DNA of 64,000 nt from Mobula hypostoma (Eukaryota), in the NCBI RefSeq assembly GCF_963921235.1, contig NC_086108.1, positions 66,900,001 to 66,964,000 on the forward strand, read 5' to 3'. Below the pieces are notes generated by a model. That model had not been told where the DNA came from and did not search any database. It saw only the letters and a program-made list of their open reading frames with translations. Both the position numbers and the translations under genes were made by a program. Within the stretch, counting starts at the first letter, position 1, and every line of letters begins with the position of its first letter. Below, in pieces: positions 38,263 to 51,909 of this stretch.

Positions 38263-39351
38263 AAAAAATTTATTTACTGGAAATTAAACTTGGAACCCAA
38301 GTGCCCAAAAGCTGTTATCTATGTAACTGTGAGGCCAACAATTGTCGCCATTACTGATAAAATAAGCATCTGAGCTCAAGTGAACAATTAAGCATGCAAG
38401 TTACAAAATGGTGTTGGAGATACCAGACTCTCTTTTTGGTTTCAAGAAAACAATATCTCATTGTCTGGTACCCTGCTTAAATACAACAAGCAATATAAAT
38501 TCCAGTAACTGCAGAAGTAAAATAAATGCAAATTAGCCACTGAAAGTCAATATAGATTACAAGTCAACATCACTAATACTGCAAGTTAACTATTAAATGT
38601 ATGGCATGCCAATCTTCCAGATTTTAATGTTGAAGATTTTTTTAAAATGAAGTATTTTTGACTTTTGTATTTTTTCACACTGAATCCAATTTTTCTTTCA
38701 GTCACTTTGTTTCTTCCTGCACCTGATTAAACCTTATATTCATCCACCGCACCTTACACTTGGTTGTCTAGATCCTGGTCAGGTCATTTCACAATCCTTT
38801 AGTCCGACGGGTTATAAAGAAACAGGGCTGCTTTTCCAGTTCACTCAGCTTCAGCAGGGCCACGTAGAGGCAGCAACATTATGCACATCGTGATCTTACC
38901 TCAGCAATTTGCTTTGCAAAAATATTGTAAAGAATTAAGTAGCAAAGCCAGGTCTAACATCGTAAGTTGTTGGTTGGCTCAAGGTTTCCTGGGTCAATAT
39001 CTGACAATTATCTTTGCAGATCAGGGGCAATGGAGGATGTTACATTCATGTCCTTTATACTGAGTCAATGGATTGAAGATGGGCCAGTAGTTGGGCTGTC
39101 AGAGTAGGTAATCAAGAGGCTAAAAGGAAAAATGAAATCTATGAAATTGCTGTATTTGGAAAAAGTACACATATCTGCAATTGAGGTGAGAGACAAATTG
39201 AAGTTGGTTGCAGTGTAGTCTGCATGGCAGCAAAGCCACAACTATTTGCTACCCAAATTTATATATGAGAAGTGTTTACAACAGTCCAAAACACACTTTT
39301 TCTTTTTGTTCAACTACATTTTCTTTTGCATACCTTGGAATATTTCAAATA

Positions 39352-39540
39352 CATTCAGTGGCCACTTTATTAGGCACATCTGTACACCTGCTTGTTAGTG
39401 CAAAATATCTAATCAGGCAAACATTTGGCAGCAACTTGATGCATAAGATCATGCAGACATGGTCAAGAGGTTCAGTTGCTATTCAAACCAGACATTAGAA
39501 TAGGGAAGAAATGTGATGTAAGTGACTTTGACCGTGGATT
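39352..39540 (+). mobile_element. Tc1/mariner DNA transposon, left end fragment
   Basis: TA followed by CATTCAGTGGCCACTTTATTAGG (Tc1-type TIR), then a decayed transposase start GKKCDVSDFDRG. Confidence 0.75.
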
Positions 39541-39569
39541 ATTGATTCATTACATACAGTTTGCAAGCC

Positions 39570-42235
39570 CATGAGACCATAAGACATAGGAACACAATTA
39601 GGCCATTTGGCCCATTGAATCTGCTCCACCATTCAATCATGGTTGATCCTTTTCTCCCCATCCTCAGACCCCCTCCCTGGCCTTTACCCCATAACCCTAA
39701 ATGCTGAGGCTAATCAAGCAGCTACCAATCTCCACCTAAATACACCCAACAACCTGGCCTCCACAGCTGCCTATGGTAACAAGTTCCACAAATTCCACCA
39801 CCCTCTGGCTAAAGAAATTTCTCCGCATTCCTGTTTTAAATGGACATCCCCTCTAACCTAAGGCTAGGACCTTTTGTCCTAGACTCCCCCACCGTGGGAA
39901 AAATCTTTTCCACATCTACTCTGTCTAGGTCTTTCAACATTTGAAAGTTTTCACTGAGATCCCCCCTCATCCCAGCGAGTACAAGGTCAGAGCCATCAAA
40001 CATTCGTCATATGATAACCTTTTCATTCCCAGAATCATCCTTGTGAACCTCCTCTGGACCCTTTCCAATGCCAGCACATCTCTTCTCAGATAAAGAGTCC
40101 AACACTGTTCATAATACTCAAGCCAAGGCCTCACTAGTGCCTTCTAAAGCCTTAGCATCACATCCCTGCTTTTTTATTCTAGACCTCTTGAAATGAATGC
40201 TAACATTGCTTTTGCCTTCCTCACCACTGACTCTACCTGCAAGTTAACCTTTAGCATGTTCTGCACAAGGACTCCCAAGTCCCTTTGCATTTCAAATTTT
40301 TGGATTTTCTCCCTGTTTAGAAAATAGCTTGCACATTTAATTCTTCTAACAAAGTACATGACCATGTATTTTCCAACACTGTTTCATTTGCCACTTTCTT
40401 GCCCATTGTCCTAATCTGTCTAAATCCTTCTGCAGCCTTCCTGTTTCCTTAACACTACTTGCCCCTCCACCAATCTTCATATCTTCCGCAAGCTTGGCAA
40501 CAAAGCCATCTATTCTATTATCTAAATCATTGATAAAAGAAGCAGTCCCAACACTGACCCCTGCAGAACACCACAAGTCACTTGCAGCCAGCCAGAAAAC
40601 GATCCTTTTATTCCCACTTGCTGCCTCCTACCAATCAGCCAATGCTCTAACCATGCTAGTAACTTTCCTGTAATACAATGGGCTCTTAACTTAGTAAGCA
40701 GCCTCAGGTGTTGCACCTTGTCAAAGACCTTCTGAAAGTCCAAATATACAACATCTATTGCATCCCCTTTATCTACCATACTTGTAATCTCCTCAAAGAA
40801 ATCCAATGATTTGTCAAGCAAGATCCATCTGGCAACCTCGTCCTTAACAATTTACACCAACTTCATCCCAACCACTGAGGTTAGGCTAACTGTTCTATAC
40901 TTTCCTTTCTGTTGCCATCCTACTTTCTTAAAGAGTGGAGTGACATTTGCAATTTTCCATGCCAGTGACAAATGATTCTTGAAAGATCATTACTATTGCT
41001 ACCACAATCTCTACCACTATTTCTTTCAGAACCCTAGGGTGCAGTTCATCTGGTCCAGATAACTTATGTAGCTTTAGGTCTTTTAGCTTTTTGGCCACCT
41101 TCATCCTTGAAATTGTAACTGAACTGACTTTTCTTCTCTTACATCTTTCAACACATGGCACACTGCTAGTGTCTTCCACCTGATGCAAAATACTCATTTA
41201 GTTCACCTGCCATGTCCTTGTCCCCTGTTATTATTTCTCCGGCCTCATTTTCTAGCAGTCCTATATCCACTCTAATCTCTCTTATTATATCACATACTTG
41301 AAAAAGCTTTTTCTATACACCTTGATATGTTAGCAAGCTTGCTTTCATATTTCACTTTTTCCCTCCTGATGATTCTCTTAGTTGCTTTCTGTAGGTTTTT
41401 GAAAACTTCCCAATCCTCTACCTTCCTGCTAATTTTTGCTTTGTTGTATGCCCTCCCTTTTGCCTTTACATTAGCTTTGACTTCCCTTGTCAACCACAGT
41501 TGTACTATGTTGAGTTTTTCTTTGTTTTTGGAATACACCTATCCTGCACCTTCCTCATTTTCCCCAGAAACCCACCCCATTGCTACTCCGATGTCATCAC
41601 TGCCAGCTTCTCCTTCCAATTTACTTTGGCCAACTCCTCTCTCATACCACTGTCATTTCCCTTATTCCACTGAAATACTGCTATGTCAGACTTTACTTTC
41701 TCCCTATCAAATTTCAAGTTGAACTCAATCTTATTGTGATCACTGCCTCCTAAGGGATCCTTTATCTTAAGCTCCCGAATCGCCTCTGATCATTACCTGA
41801 CACCCAATCCAGTATAGCTGCTCTCCTAGTAGGCGCAATGACAAACTGCTCTTAAAAGCTACCTCATAGGCATTCAACAAATTCACTCTCTTGGGATCTA
41901 TTACCAATCTGCTTTTCCTTTATCTTCCTGTATGTTAAAATCTCCCATGACTATCATAACATTGCCCAATTGACACAACTTTTCTATTTCCCATTGAAAT
42001 CTGTAGTCCACATCCCAGCTGCTGTTTGAAAGCCTGTATATAACTGCCAACAGGGTCTACTTACCCTTGTCACATCTTTCTAATGATTTGATGCCATCCT
42101 TGACCGGTAGAGCCATGCCACCCCTTCTGCCTACCTTCCTATCTCTCTGATACAATGTGTAAACCTTGGACATTCAGCTCCCATCTACAGCCATTCTTCA
42201 GCCATGACTCAGTGACGGCCACAACATCATACCCA
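39570..42235 (-). mobile_element. CR1 ORF2 fragment (endonuclease remnant + RT + 3' UTR), decayed
   Basis: YDVVAVTESWL, SGPDELHPRVLKE, YLDFQKVFDKV, GVLQGSVLG on the minus strand; (TCTTATGG)-type tail at about 39570-39590. Confidence 0.92.
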
Positions 42236-45200
42236 AAGGATGGTGAAAATTGGCAAAAGCACAATGCAGCAATATTAGTCCAGATTTTAATACCAAAATA
42301 ACATTGTTTTATATGTAAATCATTCATCATTTGGAAGATATCCCATGAGTATGTGTGTGGCACTGCTCTTCTTCTCATGAAATTGGCAGCATACTTGCAA
42401 ACTTGTCCTGTGGGTTTAATAAGTTTCTAGCACTTGCAGATTAATTACACGTTAAACTTACTGCTGCAGTGGAACACATTTTCCCATTGAAATCTGTCAT
42501 TCTGCATTGCCAATGGAGCCCAAAAAGGAAATAACAAAAGCATCACGGACACATTCTTACAATTAGTAAATTGTTATTGGAAATATCAATTTTTTATATT
42601 TTTTTCTCTTTTTTTCTTCATCCCCTTTTCTCCTTGTTGAAATCTTTCTTGCCCTCTCATTTTCCTATATTAATTTCATTTCATTACTTTTTCAGTCATT
42701 AAATTTTGTTCGTTTAGGACACAGACATTGTCTTACAAAATTAATGTGACCTACTTCAAGATGTCTATTGCAGCAAAATATGGGCCATTATGTTGTCAAA
42801 GTAGGAAAAACTATAAAGATGAAGTAGGACTTGAGATAAGTTATAAATTGAAATATATGTGTTGCTAATTTAACAAACTCTTAGAAGGTTTTAGATCATT
42901 CCACTATTTAGAAGAACTGCATATCCACTCTGACAACTTTCTTACTTATTCTTTCATAACATGTGACCATTGCTGCCCTAGTGTAATTGCCCTTTCATCC
43001 TAAAGGATTGCTCGGGCATTTCAGAAGATGATTAAGAGCGAACACCACTTAAAATAAATGTACTAATGCTAGTTTTATCATGAATGGCAAAGTTCATAAA
43101 CAAATCACTTTTCATCTGCTAACAACATGAATTGCAATTTCCCAGCAAATGTTTAATTGTTTTTTTTTCAAAGTGGAAAATTGAAAAAATCCATAGCTTA
43201 GTTTATAGGCTCATACAAGGACTTGAAGTTTGCATTTGTGATTTAACCTCGGCAAATGCCATTCATTGGGAAGACTTACTATTATCTGAATTCGTAGTGT
43301 CAGCGGCCATAGCAATTCTCCCTGAACATTTGATCTGAAACATAGACTCCATTGTAAACTAGCTTTCCACTTTTCTGTGAATGTGACTTTAACATCACTT
43401 GCACATCATAGTCATCCCATTTTGACTTAGTTTTTATTATAGTACTTGCTCTTACCACTATTTTCATTTCCTAATTGGATAAATAGGAGTTATTTTGCCA
43501 AATTAACACATTTTCCCAGTCAGTTTTACTTACAAGCACTCTTTTGTAGGTATACTTGCAAATTTGCCTTGAATTTCAAATGCCAACAATTTTTATAACA
43601 CTTGTAATGGTAATGAATATTAATAAGAGCCTATTAAAAATTTTAAATTCTGTGAGAAGTTAAAAGATCACATTGATTAGCTGAATTATCAAAACACTAC
43701 CCTGGTCAGAGCCAAGTATTTTCCTTTGCCATTTCTATAGTTTTCTTTAAATTAAAGGCACACTCTGTTTATTTTGAGCACATGAACAGGATGGACAGAA
43801 ACTGTTTCTACATTTTACGTAAGCTGAAAATTATCACAATAAAGTAAGGCATAACAGACGCTATGCAAAAAAAAGATGTGTGACAGTGTCACATGTCTGA
43901 ATTGTCTCGCAGGTGAAGGTGGTGGCATGCACCAGTGCACACCCTAGCAGCTGCAAGGTACTCTGATGCCTTATTCATGTTGCATTTCTGGCATAAACTT
44001 GAGCTTGGGATATATCAACCAGACAATGGCTCAAGTCCCACTATCAACGTCCTATGCTCACACTTAGTTTGATGATAGGGTGAGCCATATGATCAGCTTT
44101 CACATAACACCAACTAATACAATACCTTTCTCAGAGAAACATGCTTCAGTATTTCTAATGAGATGCCCAGCCTGAACATTATTCATTCAGTTTCTTCCAA
44201 GCAGGGTTAGTTTGACTTGCTTTAAATCTAGTTCAATATATTCACATCATGATCAGAAATCTGAATCACTGCTGAATTTACATAAGTTTAAAGCTGTGTG
44301 TGCAACTTCAACAGATGTTCCAGTACAAGAAAGGGGAATCGAGCCACACAGATTAGGGCTAGCAGGCCAAGTTTATGTATTTATGCTGGGTTGGTAGCAG
44401 AACTGTGACCATTTTCTTTGACACTGCCCTCTGAAGCAATATGACTAAAATAACCAAGGTTTCTATCCTTGTTTTGATATCCAGTGGTCCTAGCTGCCAA
44501 ATGCATACAATGATCTCTCACATGAACAAAAGTCAGGCTTAACTGTGAGGCTCCCTGTTGTCATATAGTCAGTCAACATTCATTTTCCAAATCCATTAAA
44601 AGAATATTAAAGACAAACAGTTCTGTAATGCATATGACATTTTATCATTACTGAGTACAGAACGTTGGGAATGAAGCTACTTCAACCAACACCAAATATC
44701 TGTTATATGTTCTTCTGTAAGTTCATTCAATTTAGTTGAGCACATTTGCATTGAAGGGAGATTATGGGGAGTTTAGTGATTCAATAGACAAGTGTATGGG
44801 GGCATTTCATAAAGTCAGTAAGTTCCAATTTATATTTATTCCAGTATCTCAGTAGAATCAACCCGGTGCCCAGGAAGAGAGGCCAGTACCTGACCATCAA
44901 CTAACAGCCAGTCTTCAGGATCAAACATTCTCCATGACATTTGGTAATGCAGAGTCTGATATGCTGACAGTCACCAGACTGTTTCCTTCCCTCAGCTTCC
45001 CTCTTCACTTTCCTATTCATGAACCTATCCAAAGACTAATGCCAGTTCACCAATACGTTTAAGAAAACAATGAGTAGACAGTGGCTGACATGCATGAGTA
45101 CACTGTAGATACTGTATGTTAGATGTGGACAAATAATACTGAAAAAATACATTCTTGTCTCTTTTAATCTGCAGACAAGCCTATTCCAAACATCTTGAAC

Positions 45201-45407
45201 TAAGCAACAGTTCCTGTGGCTTTGAAAGCCATTCCAGAACCTGGTTAACAATTCTTCCATGTCCTCCTCAAACAAAGTTTTAAAATTAAGGAAAGACTTT
45301 TTCTACTTATACATTAATTTATAGTTTAGAAATCATTATCTTGGAACAGGATTGAAAATAAAATGCTGCAAATAATTAAAGCTTCACTAAAGAATGATGG
45401 ACAGCTG

Positions 45408-46300
45408 ATGTCTATGGATGTCCAGTGCCTATGCACTTCTAACCCTCATCGAGAAGGCCTTAAAGCACTCTGCTTCTTTCTTGACAATACGCCCTCCCAG
45501 TTCCCCTACACTACCTCCCTCCTCTGCCTGGCAGAACTGGTCCTCGCATTCAACAATTTCTCTTTCAGCTCCTCTCAAATTCCCCATAATGTAGCCATGG
45601 CCCAGGTACATATGTCTTTTTGTCAGCAACGTGAACATGTTCTAAGCCTTCACTGGTAATGCTTCCCAATTCATTCTGCACAACTTTGACAACCGTACTG
45701 ATGCTGCTTCATACACCCTGCTGAGCTGTCAATTTCATCAAATTTCCCTGCCAATCTTCCACCCTGCCCTTAAATCCACTTGGTCCATTTCTGACATCAA
45801 TCTCCCCTTTCTCAATCTCTCTGGGCACAAACTGTCTACCAATAAATTTTATAAACCTGCCAGCTCTCACAGCTATATTGACTATACTTCTTCGCACTCT
45901 GACCCATAAAAATCCCATTCCCTTTTCTCAATTCCTTCATCTCTGCCACTCCTGTTCACAGGATGAGACTTTCCTTTCCAGGAGAGATGTCTTCCTTCAT
46001 CAAAGAACAGGGTTTCCCTTCCTCCACTATTAATGCTGCCCTCACCTGCATCTCCTCCATTTCACGGACATCTACCTCCGCCCCCCATCTTCCCACTGCC
46101 ATAACAGAGATAGAATTCCTCTTAACCCTACCTACCAGCCCATGAGCCTCCACGTCCAGCACATCATTCTTCACAACTTCCACCATCTTCAGTGGGTCCC
46201 TACCACCAAACACATCTTTATCTCCACCCCACTCTCCGCTATCCACAGGGCTTCCGTTGTCTAATCTCCCTCCTGGCACTTATCCCTGAAAGTGGAAGAA
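45408..46300 (+). mobile_element. Penelope-like element RT/thumb fragment, decayed
   Basis: MDVQCLCTSNPHREGLKALCFFL…LAELVLAFNNFSFSS (PLE RT), FYKP, EMSSFIKEQGFPSSTINAAL; ends at PGTYP. Confidence 0.85.
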
Positions 46301-46511
46301 ATGAATATTGCAAATCTCATGTTCATTGCCAGGTCTGAAAATAGCCGCACCTGTTGGTTTAGTTCACACTAGGACTCACATTATTTGTAAGACAATTTGT
46401 TATTACTGCTTAAGATGTTATCCATAATTTATAACATAGTCACCAACTTCTTTATTATCCCCTTCAGTTTATTTTATATACAATATATATGCATATGATA
46501 GTATACCTAAA

Positions 46512-46700
46512 CAACACACACAAAATGCTGGAGGAAACCAGCAGGCCAGGCAGCATCGATGGAAAAGAGATCCTTCAGGTCTTAGCCCAAAACGTCAGCT
46601 GTTTACTCTTTTCCATCCATGCTGCCTAGCTAGCTGAGCTCCTTCAGCATTTTGTCTGTGTTGCTTGGACTTCCAGCATCTGCAGATTTTCTTATGTTTG
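46512..46700. mobile_element. Short fold-back PLE-derived element with 16-bp TSD (1 mismatch)
   Basis: Inverted arms caacacacacaaaatgctgg…/…cagcattttgtctgtgttg; TSD TGATA(G/T)TATACCTAAA at 46496-46511 and 46701-46716. Confidence 0.8.
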
Positions 46701-47090
46701 TGATATTATACCTAAAAGCTGGTTTCACTCGAGCTATTGATTTAATCTACCACTTGCCGTAACTTTCTGAACTCCAGCAGACATATTGAATGCAATTATC
46801 CCAGGAAACTTTTCAATGTAAACTGCACATTATGTCGATATGCTTGTTGATTAATGTAATTTTGTCCACATTCCGGATCTTTCACTTGTATGATGACGAG
46901 GAAGGTGGAGTGAACTTTGGCGATAATCCGGCACGTCTCACAGTCTATGCAAGTAATGAAGATAACCACAACAACACTCCTAAGGACACAGTTAAGTTAA
47001 AGCTAGTTATTTTACAGGATTATTCTGCCTTGCTTAGTCCGTTGTAACTATTGAATGACCACCATTCCCAAAAGTGGGTATCATTAATGA

Positions 47091-50000
47091 GTCTGTTTCA
47101 ATCTAACTGAATTCCTCGGGACCAGTGGTCTGTTTCAATCAAACTGTGCACCACAAGTTCAGTGATCCGTTTCAGTCTAACTGTGTCCACAGGACCAGTG
47201 ATCCCTTTCAGTCTAACTGTATACTGCAGGACCAGTGATCCATTTCAACTTGTGTACCGCAGGACCAGTGATCTGTTTCAGTCTAACCGTATCCACAGGA
47301 CCATTGATCCGTTTCAGTCTAACTGTATACTGCAGGACCAGTGATCCATTTCAACTTGTGTACCGCAGGACCAGTGATCCGTTTCAGTCTAACTGTGTAC
47401 CGCAGGACCAGTGATCCGTTTCAGTCTAACTGTGTACTGCAGCACCAGTGATCCGTTTCAACTTGTGTACCGCAGGACCAGTGATCCGTTTCAGTCTAAC
47501 TGTATACTGCAGGACCAGTGATCCGTTTCAGTCTAACTGTATACTGCAGGACCAGTGATCCGTTTCAGTCTAACTGTGTCCACAGGACCAGTGATCCATT
47601 TCAACTTGTGTACCGCAGGACCAGTGATCTGTTTCAGTCTAACTGTGTCTACAGGACCAGTGATCCGTTTCAGTCTAACTGTGTACTGCAGGACCAGTGA
47701 TCCATTTCAACTTGTGTACCGCAGGACCAGTGATCCATTTCAGTCTAACTGTATACTGCAGGACCAGTGATCTGTTTCAGTCTAACTGTGTACCGCAGGA
47801 CCAGTGATCCGATTCAGTCTAACTGTGTACCACAGGACCAGTGATCCGTTTCAGTCTGACTGTGTACTACAGTACCAGTGATCCGTTTCAGTCTAACTGT
47901 GTACCGCAGGACCAGTGATCCATTTCAACTTGCGTAACGCAGGACCAGTGATCCGTTTCAGTCTAACTGTGTACTGCAGGACCAGTGATCCGTTTCAACT
48001 TGTGTACTGCAGGACCAGTGATCCATTTCAACTTGTGTACCGCAGGACCAGTGATCCGTTTCAGTCTAACTGTATACTGCAGGACCAGTGATCCGTTTCA
48101 TTCTAACTGTGTACTGCAGGACCAGTGATCTGTTTCAGTCTAACTGTGTACCGCAGTACCAGTGATCCGTTTCAGTCTAACTGTGTACCGCAGGACCAGT
48201 GATCCGTTTCAACTTGTGTACTGCAGGACCAGTGATCCATTTCAACTTGTGTATCGCAGGACCAGTGATCCGTTTCAGTCTAACTGTGTACTGCAGGACC
48301 AGCGATCCGTTTCAGTCTAACTGTGTCCACAGGACCAGTGATCCGTTTCAGTCTAACTGTGTCCACAGGACCAGTGATCCATTTCAACTTGTGTACCGCA
48401 GGACCAGTGATCCGTTTCAGTCTAACTGTGTACCGCAGGACCAGTGATCCATTTCAACTTGTGTACCGCAACACCAGGGATCCGTTTCAGTCTAACTGTA
48501 TACTGCAGGACCAGTGATCAGTTTCAGTCTAACTGTGTACCACAGGACCAGTGATCCGTTTCAACTTGTGTACTACAGGACCAGTGATCCATTTCAACTT
48601 GTGTACAGCAGGACCAGTGATCTGTTTCAGTCTAACTGTGTACCGCAGGACCAGTGATCCGTTTCAGTCTAACTGTGTACCGCAGGACCAGTGATCCGTT
48701 TCAACTTGTGTACCGCAGGACCAGTGATCCGTTTCAGTCTAACTGTGTCCACAGGACCAGTGATCCATTTCAACTTGTGTACCGCAGGACCAGTGATCCG
48801 TTTCAGTCTAACTGTGTCCACAGGACCAGTGATCCATTTCAACTTGTGTACTGCAGGACCAGTGATCCGTTTCAGTCTAACTGTGTACTGCAGGACCAGT
48901 GATCCATTTCAACTTGTGTACCGCAGGACCAGTGATCCGTTTCAACTTGTGTACTGCAGGACCAGTGATCCATTTCAACTTGTGTACCGCAGGACCAGTG
49001 ATCTGTTTCAGTCTAACTGTGTCCACAGGACCAGTGATCCATTTCAACTTGTGTATCGAAGGACCAGTGATCCGTTTCAGTCTAACTGTATACTGCAGGA
49101 CCAGTGATCCATTTCAACTTGTGTACCGCAGGACCAGTGATCCATTTCAACTTGTGTACTGCAGGACCAGTGATCTGTTTCAGTCTAAATGTGTACTGCA
49201 GGACCAGTGATCCATTTCAACTTGTGTACCGCAGGACCAGTGATCCGTTTCGGTCTAACTGTATACTGCAGGACCAGTGATCCGTTTCAGTCTAACTGTG
49301 TACTGCAGGACCAGTGATCCATTTCAACTTGTGTACCGCAGGACCAGTGATCCATTTCAGTCTAACTGTATACTGCAGGACCAGTGATCTGTTTCAGTCT
49401 AACTGTGTACCGCAGGACCAGTGATCCGATTCAGTCTAACAGTGTACCACAGGACCAGTGATCCGTTTCAGTCTAACTGTGTACTGCAGGACCAGTGATC
49501 CATTTCAACTTGCGTAACGCAGGACCAGTGATCCGTTTCAGTCTAACTGTGTACTGCAGGACCAGTGATCCGTTTCAACTTGTGTACTGCAGGACCAGTG
49601 ATCCATTTCAACTTGTGTACCGCAGGACCAGTGATCCGTTTCAGTCTAACTGTATACTGCAGGACCAGTGATCCGTTTCATTCTAACTGTGTACTGCAGG
49701 ACCAGTGATCTGTTTCAGTCTAACTGTGTACCGCAGGACCAGTGATCCGTTTCAGTCTAACTGTGTACCGCAGGACCAGTGATCCGTTTCAACTTGTGTA
49801 CTGCAGGACCAGTGATCCATTTCAACTTGTGTATCGCAGGACCAGTGATCCGTTTCAGTCTAACTGTGTACTGCAGGACCAGCGATCCGTTTCAGTCTAA
49901 CTGTGTCCACAGGACCAGTGATCCGTTTCAGTCTAACTGTGTCCACAGGACCAGTGATCCATTTCAACTTGTGTACCGCAGGACCAGTGATCCGTTTCAG

Positions 50001-50966
50001 TCTAACTGTGTACCGCAGGACCAGTGATCCATTTCAACTTGTGTACCGCAACACCAGGGATCCGTTTCAGTCTAACTGTATACTGCAGGACCAGTGATCA
50101 GTTTCAGTCTAACTGTGTACCACAGGACCAGTGATCCGTTTCAACTTGTGTACTACAGGACCAGTGATCCATTTCAACTTGTGTACCGCAGGACCAGTGA
50201 TCTGTTTCAGTCTAACTGTGTACCGCAGGACCAGTGATCCGTTTCAGTCTAACTGTGTACCGCAGGACCAGTGATCCGTTTCAACTTGTGTACCGCAGGA
50301 CCAGTGATCCGTTTCAGTCTAACTGTGTCCACAGGACCAGTGATCCATTTCAACTTGTGTACCGCAGGACCAGTGATCCGTTTCAGTCTAACTGTGTCCA
50401 CAGGACCAGTGATCCATTTCAACTTGTGTACTGCAGGACCAGTGATCCGTTTCAGTCTAACTGTGTACTGCAGGACCAGTGATCCATTTCAACTTGTGTA
50501 CCGCAGGACCAGTGATCCGTTTCAACTTGTGTACTGCAGGACCAGTGATCCATTTCAACTTGTGTACCGCAGGACCAGTGATCTGTTTCAGTCTAACTGT
50601 GTCCACAGGACCAGTGATCCATTTCAACTTGTGTATCGAAGGACCAGTGATCCGTTTCAGTCTAACTGTATACTGCAGGACCAGTGATCCATTTCAACTT
50701 GTGTACCGCAGGACCAGTGATCCATTTCAACTTGTGTACTGCAGGACCAGTGATCTGTTTCAGTCTAAATGTGTACTGCAGGACCAGTGATCCATTTCAA
50801 CTTGTGTACCGCAGGACCAGTGATCCGTTTCGGTCTAACTGTATACTGCAGGACCAGTGATCCGTTTCAGTCTAACTGTGTACTGCAGGACCAGTGATCT
50901 GTTTCAGTCTAACTGTGTACCGCAGGACCAGTGATCCGTTTCAGTCTAACTGTGTCCACAGGACCA
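47091..50966. repeat. Minisatellite of interspersed 37-bp and 33-bp units with a 1580-bp higher-order duplication
   Basis: Units GCAGGACCAGTGATCCGTTTCAGTCTAACTGTGTACC (37) and GCAGGACCAGTGATCCATTTCAACTTGTGTACC (33); rare variants recur at +1580. Confidence 0.98.
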
Positions 50967-51094
50967 ATATGAAGATGAAGTTTTTAAGATCAAGCCAAGT
51001 GATAATCTGATCGTGGCAGGGAAAGTAGAAGAGGACTGCAGCATGCCTGAGATATATGGTAGGATCTCAAGTAGGCTAATAACATGGTCAGTAG

Positions 51095-51418
51095 AACTTG
51101 AACTTGGCCTTTTCTCCTTGGAGAGATGGAAGATGAGAGGTGACCTGACAGAGGTGTATACGATGAGACAAGGGGGTGTCAGAGGTAAGTTTTTCACACA
51201 GAGAGTGGTGGGTAAATGGAATGCACTGTCAGTGAAGGTGGTAGAGACAGATACAACAGGTTCTTTTAAGAGACTCTTAGATAGGTACATGGAACTTAGA
51301 AAAATCAAAGGCTATCCGGTCAGGAGATTCTAGGCAGCTTCTAGAGTAGGTTACATGGTCGGCACAACATTCTGGCTGAAGGGCCTGTAATGTGCTGTAG
51401 ACTTCTATGTTTCCATGT
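51095..51418 (+). mobile_element. CR1 3' fragment
   Basis: ELGLFSLERWKMRGDLTEVY…FFTQRVVGKWNAL; tail ttctatgtttccatg. Confidence 0.88.
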
Positions 51419-51909
51419 TATAGTTAAACTTGTTGTACCTGCCATTGAGATTTTAACTCTCTTAATCATTTTCTTGGTGGTTGTTTCTGATTGTTACATT
51501 GTTGCTATTGCAACATGATTCAAAATTCCACAAGGAAGTTGATTAACAGAGAACTTGTGGCTGGTGGAAGCAGACTTGAAGCATACATTGAGCCAGTCTG
51601 GAAGACATTTAGCAACAAATATCCATGAATCAAGAGCCAAAGAAATCAACACATCATTTAACTGAACTGTTAACAGAATTGAAAAGTTCATTTAATTCCC
51701 ACTTACACCTTGGGGATTTTGACAAAAGGCAAAAATAGTTGCAATACATCCACAGAGATTCTGCAAGTCTGTTGATACCTCACCATTAACTGCATTGTTG
51801 TACACATAGCCTCTGCAGTCATCATACCACCATCATCCATTGATCTAACCCAGCGAAGAAGTTAAAGTATTTATCAGACACCTTCTGTCATATTCATTGC
51901 ACATGAACT

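Noticed and set aside
46790..47047. Cadherin-like cytoplasmic motif (YDDEEGG) in a plus-strand ORF
   Set aside because: Lacks the GGGEED and PPYDSL context; a short chance match with no clear splice sites.
47160..50960. Satellite-encoded hammerhead (minus strand has a CAGT-TAG-ACTG hairpin followed by GAAAC)
   Set aside because: No CUGANGA box before the hairpin and no stem I or stem III complement.
47091..50966. CRISPR array or coding repeat (ORFs with RTSDPFQLVYR)
   Set aside because: No unique spacers and no cas genes; units abut directly, 37-bp units shift frame and stops are frequent.
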